DNA of 64,000 nt from Comamonadaceae bacterium (GTDB taxonomy: Bacteria; Pseudomonadota; Gammaproteobacteria; Burkholderiales; Burkholderiaceae_C), in assembly GCA_947450645.1 (NCBI GenBank), contig CANFWH010000008.1, positions 689-64,688 on the forward strand, in the 5' to 3' direction. Of the stretch, positions 42,775 through 51,669 are shown in pieces. The position numbers were made by a program, and so were the translations under genes. The notes beneath the pieces are model-generated. The model saw nothing but the letters and a program-made list of their open reading frames with translations. It was not told where the DNA came from and did no database searches. Every line of letters begins with the position of its first letter. Position 1 is the first letter of the stretch.

Positions 42775-44775
42775 ATGAAAAAACTCTCCCTCGTGCAAGT
42801 AGCATGTCTACAAGCCACGTCCGCTGTGCTGTGCGCCGTCATCATCTCACCAGCCCAAGCGCAATCTGCCCCGCAGAGCAACCTCACTGACATTCCTGAA
42901 ATCATCGTCACGGCCAGTCGCTCTGAGCAAGATTTGCAAACCGCACCTGTAGGCGCGACCATCATCACACGTGCGCAAATTGAATCCGCTGGTGTGGTTG
43001 ATGCCAACGAAGCCATCCGAAAAATTGGTGGGGTGGCGGGTAAAAGCGATTTGACTGGTGGGCGTGAATACTCGCTCGATTTGCGTGGCTTTGGTGCAAC
43101 GGCGGATAACAACACGGTCGTTTTAGTTGATGGCATACGACTGACTGAAAATGAACAAGCGCCCGCACGTTTGAGTGCGATCTCAGCTAGTCTGATTGAG
43201 CGTATTGAAATTTTGCGTGGTGGTGCCAGTGTGATGTGGGGCGAGGGAGCGACTTCGGGCGTCATTAACATTATTACGCGCAAAGATGCCAAGGCGGGCT
43301 TGACAGGTCAAGTTAGTGCGGGCGCAGAGACTTATGGTGGACGTGACGGTACGGCGGTGCTGCGAATTGGTTCTGAATCGGGTAAGGCGGTGTTTGATAT
43401 CAATGCACGCAGTAGTACCTCAACAGGTTATCGGATGAACAATCAATCAGCGCAAGATGTTGTCTCTATGGGATTGACGGCGCGTGAAGGCGCATTAGGG
43501 ACGCGTGTGAGGGTGGATCAGGAGATATCAAATAATCGTCTGCCAGGTTCGCTCAATGTTGCACAATTCACAGCCGACCCAAGACAAGCGACACCTACTA
43601 ATTTGCAAAATTTTGGTGGACTCAAGCAAACGCGATTCAGCACGGGGCTTGACTACAACTTTGGCGCTTGGACGGCTATTGTTGATATGGGTATAAAAAA
43701 TAAAAGCTCATTAAGCTCTTATAGTGGTGCAGCGCCAACGACGACGACTTCAACCGTAACACAATTTTCTCCTCGTGCAGTCTATAAATCTACTATTGGC
43801 AATACCGCCTTAACAGGTAATGTTGGCTTGGACTCCAATCAATGGCTATACAACAATAATGGCGCTTCAGACGTCAACTTCAACACAACTACACGCACAG
43901 GCACGCAAAGTAATCGAGCTGTGTTTGGGACAACGGATTGGCTGTTTCCCACGCAAACACGTGTAGTAGCGGGTTACCGTGCCGAGAATGTGATGAAAAC
44001 ATCCCAAGATGCAACGACAGCGCCAACGCTCACCATGCTGGCAAATAAATTAAATGCTCGCGAGTTGTCAGCCAATCAAACGCTACAAAAGGGCGTTGAC
44101 ATTTATGTGCGCGCTGCAACGTCCTATCGCATGGCCAATATAGATGACTATACAAACACCAACCCAGCCGTTCCGCTGCGTCCGCAAACCTCAAAAGACA
44201 AAGAGTTGGGTATCAAACTTAGGCAGGGTAGTAACCACTTTACGGCGCGATACTTTTTACAAAACACAGTGGATGAAATTTATTTAGATAAATCGCTCAA
44301 TAGTGGCTTTGGCTACAACGTCAACATTGGACCCACTAAGCGTAGTGGTATTGAACTAGAGGGCACTAAAGATATTGGGTCACGAGTGACGCTAACAGCG
44401 AATATGCAAGTGATGAGTGCAGTGTTTGATGGTGGTGTGAATGCAGGTAAACATATCCCGTTGGTGAATGAACAAACCATAGCGGTGCGAGCCGCCTATC
44501 GAATGGATGATCATCAGAGCTTAGAGACCGCTTTGCGTATGTTGAGTTCGGCGTATTATGGGGATGATGTGAGCAACACATGCGCAACAAAAACACCTTC
44601 GACAAGAATGTTGGATGGACTTTATCGCTGGAAAAACAATGCGTTTGACTTTTCGTTTGGCATTAACAACATTGCGAATGTCTCTAGCTATACCTTTGCT
44701 TATACATGTGCGAAGGGTGGCTTGTACCCCGATCCAGGCCGTACCTTCCGTGCGGCTTTGAAGTACAACTTCTAA
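42775..44775 (+). CDS. btuB: TonB-dependent outer-membrane receptor, BtuB-like (cobalamin/corrinoid uptake inferred from the riboswitch)
   Basis: 666 aa with a signal peptide, a TonB box/plug (IPEIIVTASRSEQ), a beta-barrel, and a terminal ...ALKYNF. A B12 riboswitch precedes it. Confidence 0.85.
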   Translation: MKKLSLVQVACLQATSAVLCAVIISPAQAQSAPQSNLTDIPEIIVTASRSEQDLQTAPVGATIITRAQIESAGVVDANEAIRKIGGVAGKSDLTGGREYSLDLRGFGATADNNTVVLVDGIRLTENEQAPARLSAISASLIERIEILRGGASVMWGEGATSGVINIITRKDAKAGLTGQVSAGAETYGGRDGTAVLRIGSESGKAVFDINARSSTSTGYRMNNQSAQDVVSMGLTAREGALGTRVRVDQEISNNRLPGSLNVAQFTADPRQATPTNLQNFGGLKQTRFSTGLDYNFGAWTAIVDMGIKNKSSLSSYSGAAPTTTTSTVTQFSPRAVYKSTIGNTALTGNVGLDSNQWLYNNNGASDVNFNTTTRTGTQSNRAVFGTTDWLFPTQTRVVAGYRAENVMKTSQDATTAPTLTMLANKLNARELSANQTLQKGVDIYVRAATSYRMANIDDYTNTNPAVPLRPQTSKDKELGIKLRQGSNHFTARYFLQNTVDEIYLDKSLNSGFGYNVNIGPTKRSGIELEGTKDIGSRVTLTANMQVMSAVFDGGVNAGKHIPLVNEQTIAVRAAYRMDDHQSLETALRMLSSAYYGDDVSNTCATKTPSTRMLDGLYRWKNNAFDFSFGINNIANVSSYTFAYTCAKGGLYPDPGRTFRAALKYNF

Positions 44776-44791
44776 GGATGAGGCCAGCGCC

Positions 44792-46309
44792 ATGACCGCC
44801 ATTTGCATCATGGTGCTGGGCACCACCAGCAACGCAGGCAAGAGCTGGCTGGCCACGGCGCTGTGTCGTTACTACTCGAATTTGGGATTTAAGGTTGCGC
44901 CGTTTAAAGCGCAAAATATGAGCAACAACGCGCGCGTGGTGGGTGGTGTCATGGATGGCGTTGGTGGCGAGATCGGTAGTGCCCAATACTTTCAAGCCCT
45001 TGCGGCGCGTGCCCTCCCAGAGGTACGCATGAATCCACTTTTGTTAAAGCCTGAAGCCGACACGCATAGTCAAGTGGTGCTCTTGGGGCAAGTCAATCAA
45101 ACACTCACGGATTTACCGTGGCGTGAGCGCAGCGAGCATGTCTGGCCGCATATTGCGCGTGCTCTCGATGCACTGAGATCCGAGAACGACATCGTGGTGA
45201 TTGAAGGCGCTGGCTCACCAGCCGAAATCAATTTGATGGATAGTGACATCGTAAATTTGCGTGTGGCACGTCATGCCAATGCTCGCTGTTTGCTGGTCAC
45301 CGACATTGACCGAGGCGGTGCGTTTGCGCATTTGTATGGAACATGGGTGCTGATGCCCGAGGCCGACCGCGCGTTGATTCGCGGCTTTGTGCTGAATAAA
45401 TTTAGAGGTGATGCAAACTTGCTTGCGCCCGCGCCCCAGATGTTGCAAGGTTTAACGGGCATTCCTACTGTGGCGACGTTACCGATGTGGCGCGAGCATG
45501 GCTTGCCTGAAGAGGATGGTGTATTTGATGATGGTGTGGCGGGCGCAGGCGCAGGTGCGATTACGATTGCGGTGATTGCTTACCCACGCATTAGCAATTT
45601 AGATGAGTTTCAACCGCTAAAAAATATGCATGGTGTGCGTTTGATTTGGGTACGCAGCGCGGCGCAATTGGTAGCGCTGACACAAGGCGATTGGATCATC
45701 TTGCCGGGCTCAAAAAATACGCGCTCTGATTTAGCTTGGCTTAAAGATCGCGGACTGGATATCCCCCTCAAAGCCCATGCAGCAAGGGGCGGTCGCGTGC
45801 TGGGTATTTGCGGCGGCTTGCAAATGCTCGGAGTGTCGCTCCTTGACCCTAATGGTGTGGAGCGTAGCGATGAGTCTGCTGATCGTGAAACGACAGGGCT
45901 TGGACTGTTACCAATAGAGACCATTTTTGCAAATGACAAAACGGTGCGCCGCTGCGAATTGAGCTTTGGCGCATTGCATGGCGCATGGCAAGCCTTGTCG
46001 AATGTGACGCTCACAGGATACGAAATCCATCACGGAATTACAACCGTTATTGCCAAAACGGCACAGGACGAAGCCAGACTGGATGTGGCCTGCGAGCCAA
46101 TTTTTGGTTTGGCGTGGCAGAACTCGCAAGGCAATGTGCTGGGCATTTATTTGCACGGTATCTTTGAAGATGCGACGTTATTGCAAGCGTTGTGGGGAAC
46201 TAGCGCGCCAAGCTTAGATAGCGTATTTGATGGTTTGGCAAACTTTTTAGACGCGCACGTTGATGACGGATTTTTAGCCAAGCTTGCCGTCAAATTGGCA
46301 CACGCTTGA
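44792..46309 (+). CDS. cobQ: Cobyric acid synthase CobQ
   Basis: 505 aa. N-terminal MVLGTTSNAGKSWL (the CobQ/CobB ATPase-like domain) and a C-terminal GATase domain (ICGGLQMLG ... GYEIHHG). Confidence 0.9.
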   Translation: MTAICIMVLGTTSNAGKSWLATALCRYYSNLGFKVAPFKAQNMSNNARVVGGVMDGVGGEIGSAQYFQALAARALPEVRMNPLLLKPEADTHSQVVLLGQVNQTLTDLPWRERSEHVWPHIARALDALRSENDIVVIEGAGSPAEINLMDSDIVNLRVARHANARCLLVTDIDRGGAFAHLYGTWVLMPEADRALIRGFVLNKFRGDANLLAPAPQMLQGLTGIPTVATLPMWREHGLPEEDGVFDDGVAGAGAGAITIAVIAYPRISNLDEFQPLKNMHGVRLIWVRSAAQLVALTQGDWIILPGSKNTRSDLAWLKDRGLDIPLKAHAARGGRVLGICGGLQMLGVSLLDPNGVERSDESADRETTGLGLLPIETIFANDKTVRRCELSFGALHGAWQALSNVTLTGYEIHHGITTVIAKTAQDEARLDVACEPIFGLAWQNSQGNVLGIYLHGIFEDATLLQALWGTSAPSLDSVFDGLANFLDAHVDDGFLAKLAVKLAHA

Positions 46310-46930
46310 TACCGCGCAGGCCTTGCAGTTCGGGCTTCGCGCGGTGCAGACGTAGCGACCGTGCAAGATAAGCCAATGGTGTGCGTCCACTAAAAACTCT
46401 TGAGGAATGCGCTTGAGAAGCGCCAGCTCTACGGCAAGCGGCGTCTTACCTGTTGCAAGCCCTGTGCGATTGCCGAGGCGAAACAAATGCGTATCTACCG
46501 CTATGGTTGCTTCGCCAAAAGCAGAATTCAAAATCACATTGGCCGTCTTACGACCCACGCCAGGTAAGGCTTCCAAGGCTTCTCGGTTGCGTGGGACGAT
46601 GCCGCTGTGCTGATCAATCAAGATGCGACTGGTCTGCATTAAGTGCTTGGCTTTAGAGTGATAGAGACCGATGGTTTGAATGTAAGACTCTAATGCTTCT
46701 AGCCCAAGATCAACCATTTTTTGCGGTGTGTTCGCAATAGGAAATAAGCGCCTTGTGGCTTTGTTGACGCCCACATCTGTCGCTTGTGCCGAGAGCAGCA
46801 CGGCGGCAAGTAGCTCGAACACGCTGGTATATTCAAGCTCAGTCACGGGTTGCGGATTGGCCGCTCGAAGCGCAGCAAAAAAAGTTTCGATTTGCGCAAC
46901 CGTCATAGCTTTTGTTTTTTGATTTGTCAT
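46274..46930 (-). CDS. nth: Endonuclease III
   Basis: 218 aa. HhH-GPD (LPGVGRKTANVIL) and the 4Fe-4S loop C-x6-C-x2-C-x5-C (CTARSPNCKACAVSSVC). Its 3' end overlaps the cobQ 3' end by 36 nt. Confidence 0.95.
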   Translation of the reverse strand: MTNQKTKAMTVAQIETFFAALRAANPQPVTELEYTSVFELLAAVLLSAQATDVGVNKATRRLFPIANTPQKMVDLGLEALESYIQTIGLYHSKAKHLMQTSRILIDQHSGIVPRNREALEALPGVGRKTANVILNSAFGEATIAVDTHLFRLGNRTGLATGKTPLAVELALLKRIPQEFLVDAHHWLILHGRYVCTARSPNCKACAVSSVCQFDGKLG

Positions 46931-46947
46931 TACACGATTATCCTTTT

Positions 46948-48177
46948 ATGAACCTCGAATCCACCTTCGCCAATCGCCTTGGCAATGTCGAAACCTCCGC
47001 TATCCGCGAACTCTTCAAGCTGCTCGCCAAGCCTGGCATTATTTCGTTTGCGGGTGGCTTTCCAGACGCGTCGATGTTCGATGTGGAAGGCATCAAAGAT
47101 GCCACTACAAAAGCCTTGGAAGCCACGGCTGGTGCGGTTTTGCAATATGGCGCCACTGAGGGGTACAGCCCGCTACGAGATGGCATTTCGCGCTATATGG
47201 CAGGCAAAGGCGTGACGGTTACGCCTGATGGTTTGATTGTGACGACGGGCAGCCAGCAAGCACTCGACTTGATTGGCAAAACCATGATTAACGAGGGCGA
47301 TAACGTCATCGTGGAGGCGCCGACGTTTTTAGCGACGATTCAATGCTTTCGGCTTTATGGCGCTAACGTAATTGGCGCCCCCATAGATGATGGCGGTGTC
47401 ATAGTGGATAAGTTGGAAGCGTTGATCGCCAAGCACAAGCCTAAGTTAGTGTATTTGATTCCGAGCTTCGGCAACCCGAGTGGTGCGCTTGTCCCCTTAG
47501 ATCGTCGCAAGCGAATTTTGGAATTGGCTGTGAAATATCAAACTTTGATCGTTGAAGACGATCCGTATGGTGATTTGTATTTTGACGAATCATCTACGGC
47601 TGCAGCGCCGCGTTCTATGTTCTCAATGACAAGCGAAGTGACTGGAAGCATTGCGTGGCTTGCCTTTGCGGGCAGCTTCTCTAAAGTGATGTCGCCTGGT
47701 TTGCGTGTGGGCTGGCTGATTGCACCGCCCGAATTACTCGCCAAAGCGACGATGTGTAAGCAGTTTGGCGACACGCATACATCGAACTTAAGCCAAGCTG
47801 TCGCGGCTAATTATTTGGCAGATGGCAATGGCGCACGCATGGCGGCCAATCTGGCCAAAGTGCGCAAGGTGTATGCCGCGCGCGCCAGCACCATGGCTGC
47901 GTGTTTGAGCACCGAATTTGGTGATGCCATTCGCTTTACCGCTCCGCAAGGCGGTATGTTCTTTTGGGCAAATCTGACGGGAGCACGTGGCCAATCGACG
48001 GATGTCGCAAAGCTTGCCAAACGCGCAATAGAGAACAACGTGGCCTTTGTGCCAGGTGCCCCATTTTTTGCGCACGATGCGGATATGACTGCGCTACGCC
48101 TTTCGTTTGCTACGGCGAACGAAGATTTGATCCGCGAAGGTGTGGCGAGGCTTGGCAAGGCTTATCGCAGCCTTTGA
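46948..48177 (+). CDS. PLP-dependent aminotransferase (class I/II, 2-aminoadipate/aromatic aminotransferase-like)
   Basis: SAIRELFKL near the N-terminus and the PLP-lysine region SFSKVMSPGLRVGW. The start is placed at ATG 46948 (MNLESTF...). The ORF-track start at 46912 overlaps the divergent nth start. Confidence 0.8.
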   Translation: MNLESTFANRLGNVETSAIRELFKLLAKPGIISFAGGFPDASMFDVEGIKDATTKALEATAGAVLQYGATEGYSPLRDGISRYMAGKGVTVTPDGLIVTTGSQQALDLIGKTMINEGDNVIVEAPTFLATIQCFRLYGANVIGAPIDDGGVIVDKLEALIAKHKPKLVYLIPSFGNPSGALVPLDRRKRILELAVKYQTLIVEDDPYGDLYFDESSTAAAPRSMFSMTSEVTGSIAWLAFAGSFSKVMSPGLRVGWLIAPPELLAKATMCKQFGDTHTSNLSQAVAANYLADGNGARMAANLAKVRKVYAARASTMAACLSTEFGDAIRFTAPQGGMFFWANLTGARGQSTDVAKLAKRAIENNVAFVPGAPFFAHDADMTALRLSFATANEDLIREGVARLGKAYRSL

Positions 48178-48270
48178 ATTCAGCTTCTAGTCAGGGAGTA
48201 AAGATTTCTGACGCGTCAACTTTTCATTTGCGCCTCCGTTAAAGTGGTATCAACTTTAAGGAGCATCACC

Positions 48271-48693
48271 ATGCGTTCATTTTATAAGTTTACGGCGATT
48301 GCTGGAATCATTACGCTTGTGTTTGCAGCTTTAACGAGCACGGCACAAGCACAGTCTCAAGCCGCAGTCACGGCGCGTGTGGTGTCTGCTACGCCGCTGA
48401 TTCAGCCGAATCAAAACTATCCGACTGCTTTTAATGTGGTTTATGAATATGCTGGTAGGCTCTACAGCGTCCAGCTACCCAACGATCCTGGTGCCTATGT
48501 GCAGTTGCAAGTACTGCCGCAAACCATGTATGCGCCGCCGCCCGTGATGTATCACCAACCTTACTACGCTAACTCTTACGTCAATCCTTATCTCTATCCT
48601 GCCATTGGGATTGGCCTAGGTTATGCAGCTTATCGGGGAGGCTCTTTGGGTCATCATGGCTATGCAGTTCGCAGTGGTCATGGGCATCATTGA
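48271..48693 (+). CDS. Small secreted protein, paralog of the C-terminal part of the next gene
   Basis: The AAGGAG RBS lies 6 nt upstream of ATG 48271, and the signal peptide ends in TAQA/Q. It shares the core TAFNVVYEYAGRLYSVQLPNDPGAYVQLQV with the downstream gene, then has a Pro/Tyr-rich stretch and a Gly-rich, His-rich end. Confidence 0.7.
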   Translation: MRSFYKFTAIAGIITLVFAALTSTAQAQSQAAVTARVVSATPLIQPNQNYPTAFNVVYEYAGRLYSVQLPNDPGAYVQLQVLPQTMYAPPPVMYHQPYYANSYVNPYLYPAIGIGLGYAAYRGGSLGHHGYAVRSGHGHH

Positions 48694-48775
48694 GCTAGGT
48701 AAAGATTCCTGACTTAGCCACTTTTAGCTTGCGTTTTCGATAGACTTAGGCTTACTTGTTCAAAGGAGATTTATC

Positions 48776-49462
48776 ATGCGTACACGAAGCAAAATTTTTA
48801 TGTTGACGACTGTCATTGCGACCGCCACTTTGGCTTTGGTCGGTACCGCGCAGGCGCAAGAGCAAGGCCGCGTGATTTCGTCGCAGGCAGTTGTTCAGCA
48901 AGTAGCTGTACCTCGCCAAGTGTGTGGCACTCAGCAAGTGGCTGTGCAAGGGCAAAAAAGCGGTGCAGGCGGTTTGATGGGGGCGATTGCAGGCGGCGCG
49001 ATTGGTAATAACGTAGGTGGTGGCGCTGGCCGTGGACTAGCTACGGTGGTTGGTATCGTCGGCGGTGCAATAGCGGGCGATCATGTCGAAGGCACACCTC
49101 CTGTGCAAATGCAAACGGTGCAAAACTGCACGACACAAACTTTTTATGAAAATCGCACCACGGCTTATAACGTGGTGTACGAGTACAACGGCAAGCAATA
49201 CAACGTACAGATGCCAAATGATCCAGGACAATTCGTGCAGCTGCAAGTTACGCCAGCCGGTTCTTCTCAGCCAGCGCCCATGATGCAGCAACAACCCCCC
49301 GTGGTTCAACAAGTAGTAGCGCCGCAGGTAGTGTATGCCGCGCAACCACAAGTGGTTTATGCACAGCCGTACTACTATCCAAGCTATTACGGAGGTATTT
49401 ATCCTGCCGTGAACATCGGGTTTGGGTTTGGTTTTCGGGGCGGATACGGCCGCCGCTGGTAA
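48776..49462 (+). CDS. Glycine-zipper-containing secreted/outer-membrane protein
   Basis: Signal peptide (GTAQA/Q) and a glycine-zipper segment (GAGGLMGAIAGGAIGNNVGGGAGRGLATVVGIVGGAIAG). It carries the shared core TAYNVVYEYNGKQYNVQMPNDPGQFVQLQV and a Pro/Gln/Tyr-rich tail. Confidence 0.75.
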   Translation: MRTRSKIFMLTTVIATATLALVGTAQAQEQGRVISSQAVVQQVAVPRQVCGTQQVAVQGQKSGAGGLMGAIAGGAIGNNVGGGAGRGLATVVGIVGGAIAGDHVEGTPPVQMQTVQNCTTQTFYENRTTAYNVVYEYNGKQYNVQMPNDPGQFVQLQVTPAGSSQPAPMMQQQPPVVQQVVAPQVVYAAQPQVVYAQPYYYPSYYGGIYPAVNIGFGFGFRGGYGRRW

Positions 49463-49475
49463 CATTAGCAAAAAT

Positions 49476-49569
49476 GATGAGCCTGATCCTCGGCACTGTA
49501 TCCACAGTTAGAGCTGCTTGGTTCCCCATCTGACTCGGTTGGCCGCTTCCCCATGCGAGGGGGCTCATC
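49476..49569 (-). ncRNA. ffs: Signal recognition particle RNA (4.5S, small bacterial type)
   Basis: The minus strand reads GATGAGCC...GAGUCAGAUGG-GGAA-CCAAGCAGCUC...GGCUCAUC. This matches the domain IV motif of E. coli 4.5S (GGUCAGGUCC-GGAA-GGAAGCAGCC) with a GGAA tetraloop. The ends pair as an 8-bp terminal helix. A TATAAT box lies 7 nt upstream of the 5' G on the minus strand (49582-49577), and ATTTTTG follows the 3' helix. The ends are approximate. Confidence 0.75.
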
Positions 49570-49592
49570 ACCGCTGATTATAGAATCGTTGC

Positions 49593-51332
49593 ATGTCCTA
49601 TCTTGTCCTTGCTCGCAAATACCGCCCGAAAACCTTTACCGAAATGGTCGGCCAAGAGCACGTAGTGCAAGCATTGACCAATGCGCTGACCTCGCAGCGG
49701 TTGCATCACGCTTATCTTTTTACGGGAACTCGCGGCGTTGGCAAAACCACCGTCTCACGCATCTTGGCGAAATCGCTCAATTGCTTGGGCGCGGACGGGC
49801 AGGGCGGCATCACCGCTAGCCCTTGTGGCGTTTGCGAGGCTTGTACCGCCATTGATGCGGGTCGTTTTGTTGATTACACCGAGTTAGATGCAGCCTCCAA
49901 CCGAGGCGTGGACGAAGTGCAGCAACTGCTAGAACAGGCCGTCTACAAGCCCGTGCAAGGCCGTTTTAAGGTCTTCATGATTGACGAGGTGCACATGCTG
50001 ACCAACACGGCGTTTAACGCCATGCTGAAGACGCTGGAAGAGCCGCCCGAGTACCTCAAATTCGTACTGGCCACCACCGATCCGCAAAAAGTGCCTGTGA
50101 CGGTGCTCTCTCGCTGTTTACAGTTCAATTTGCGTCCCATGGCACCCGAAACCGTGCGGGCGCATCTTGAGACGATTTTGTCGGCAGAAAACATTGAGCG
50201 CGAACCCGCTGCGCTGCGTTTGCTTGCTAAGAATGCCCACGGCTCTATGCGCGATGGCCTGAGCTTGACCGACCAAGCGATTGCATTTGGCGATGGCGTT
50301 CTGCGCGAGGCGCAAGTTCGCCAAATGCTTGGCGCAGTGGACGACCGCTACATCCTCGATTTGATAGGCTGCTTGGCACGCGGTGAGGGCTCTGCTGTGA
50401 TTGCCACCGTGCGTAGCTTGCAAGATGCAGGCTTGAATGCCGCCTCCACGTTAGAGCAAATGACGGATGTTCTGCACCGCATGATGGTGTCGCAAATTGA
50501 CAGCGAGGCGAGTAGCGCCGATTTAGCGGACGAAGATACAACGATTGCGTCGTTGGCCACGCAAATGTCTGCCGATGAAATCCAATTGCTCTACAGCATT
50601 TGCTTACATGGCAAAGCGGATTTGGGCTTAGCTAGTGACGAGTACGCGGCGCTCACGATGGTGCTTTTGCGCTTGCTCGCCTTCAAGCCTAAAAAATCTG
50701 CTGACGGGAGTGCCGCCGAGCCGTCAAAAAAGTCTGAATCATCCGCTAGGCCACAGCCAATAAGGCTTGCAGCAGTGCCATTTGAGGCGCAATCGACAAC
50801 CGTGACGGTTCCTGTTCGTGTTCAGGCCGAGCCAATGGCGGATTCAAAAACAGAGATTCCAACGCCGCCCAAAGTACCAACGCCTGCTGTGCCTGTGCTT
50901 GAGATCACTGCGCTTGGTGATGTTTGGTTTGAAGCGACACAGGCAATGATTGGGAATGAATCTATTGGTGCTTTGGTACGCGAACTCGCGCTGCAATCGC
51001 AGCTGATATCCAAGGAATCGGACGCTTGGATTTTGCAGGTCGATAACTCACTCTTAGCAAATCCTGCGCATGCGGAGAAATTGCAAACCGCACTGCAAAC
51101 CTTGGTGCCCAACGCGCAATTACAAGTGCAATCTGGCGGCGTGGTCGATACGCCTGCCAAGCGTTTGGCAAAAGCGGCGAATGAGTTGCAAGCGGCTGCC
51201 GAAGCGCTCATCATGAATGACGAAACTGTACAACAACTCATGCGAGAATTTGATGCGAAAATTGTGCCGAACTCGATCAAGCCAATCAAAATAAATCCAC
51301 TCAATACAACTGAAAAGGAAGAACATGTTTAA
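49593..51332 (+). CDS. dnaX: DNA polymerase III subunits tau/gamma
   Basis: 579 aa. Walker [10 protein letters not shown], the zinc module C..C..C..C, and the SRC motif (VLSRCLQF). See also the frameshift site listed separately. Confidence 0.97.
   Translation: MSYLVLARKYRPKTFTEMVGQEHVVQALTNALTSQRLHHAYLFTGTRGVGKTTVSRILAKSLNCLGADGQGGITASPCGVCEACTAIDAGRFVDYTELDAASNRGVDEVQQLLEQAVYKPVQGRFKVFMIDEVHMLTNTAFNAMLKTLEEPPEYLKFVLATTDPQKVPVTVLSRCLQFNLRPMAPETVRAHLETILSAENIEREPAALRLLAKNAHGSMRDGLSLTDQAIAFGDGVLREAQVRQMLGAVDDRYILDLIGCLARGEGSAVIATVRSLQDAGLNAASTLEQMTDVLHRMMVSQIDSEASSADLADEDTTIASLATQMSADEIQLLYSICLHGKADLGLASDEYAALTMVLLRLLAFKPKKSADGSAAEPSKKSESSARPQPIRLAAVPFEAQSTTVTVPVRVQAEPMADSKTEIPTPPKVPTPAVPVLEITALGDVWFEATQAMIGNESIGALVRELALQSQLISKESDAWILQVDNSLLANPAHAEKLQTALQTLVPNAQLQVQSGGVVDTPAKRLAKAANELQAAAEALIMNDETVQQLMREFDAKIVPNSIKPIKINPLNTTEKEEHV
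50726..50732 (+). other. Candidate programmed -1 ribosomal frameshift heptamer A AAA AAG in dnaX
   Basis: AAAAAAG is in the X XXY YYZ register of the dnaX frame (UCA AAA AAG). The -1 frame then reads GUC UGA, with the stop at 50735-50737. Confidence 0.55.
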
Positions 51333-51657
51333 CAAAGGGCAACTCGCCGGACTCATGAAGCAAGCGCAAAACATGCAAGACAACATGAAGAAGGCGCAAG
51401 AAGAGTTGGGCACGATTGAAGTCACGGGCGAATCGGGCGCAGGTCTCGTCAAAGTAACGATGACTTGCAAACACGATGTGCGCCGCGTGCAGATTGATCC
51501 ATCGCTTTTGGCGGACGACAAAGATATGCTGGAAGATTTGGTGGCGGCTGCGTTTAACGCTGCACTCAAAAAAGCTGAAGACACCAGCTCCGAAAAAATG
51601 GGCAAGATTACGGCGAGTATGCCAAGCTTGCCTGGCGGCATGAAGCTGCCGTTTTAA
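51325..51657 (+). CDS. ybaB: Nucleoid-associated protein YbaB/EbfC
   Basis: 110 aa (LMKQAQNMQ ... [10 protein letters not shown]...). It has the conserved dnaX-ybaB-recR order. Confidence 0.95.
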   Translation: MFNKGQLAGLMKQAQNMQDNMKKAQEELGTIEVTGESGAGLVKVTMTCKHDVRRVQIDPSLLADDKDMLEDLVAAAFNAALKKAEDTSSEKMGKITASMPSLPGGMKLPF

Positions 51658-51669
51658 ATTTGAGCGCCG

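Noticed and set aside
42564-43292. 242-aa minus-strand ORF
   Set aside because: It lies antisense to the cobalamin riboswitch and the 5' end of the btuB-like gene. Its composition is Ala/Ser/Arg-rich, typical of the reverse frame of a GC-rich gene. The sense-strand features are well supported.
48198-48232. Reading the duplicated 35-nt block as a sigma54 (GG-N10-GC) or RpoE-type (GGAACTT-N16-TCTGA) promoter
   Set aside because: For sigma54, the CAC...TTGC spacing is 2 nt too long and the GG is GC/AA. For RpoE, TCTGA/CCTGA is present but no AAC-type -35 lies 16-17 nt upstream in either copy. It is kept only as an unassigned conserved block.
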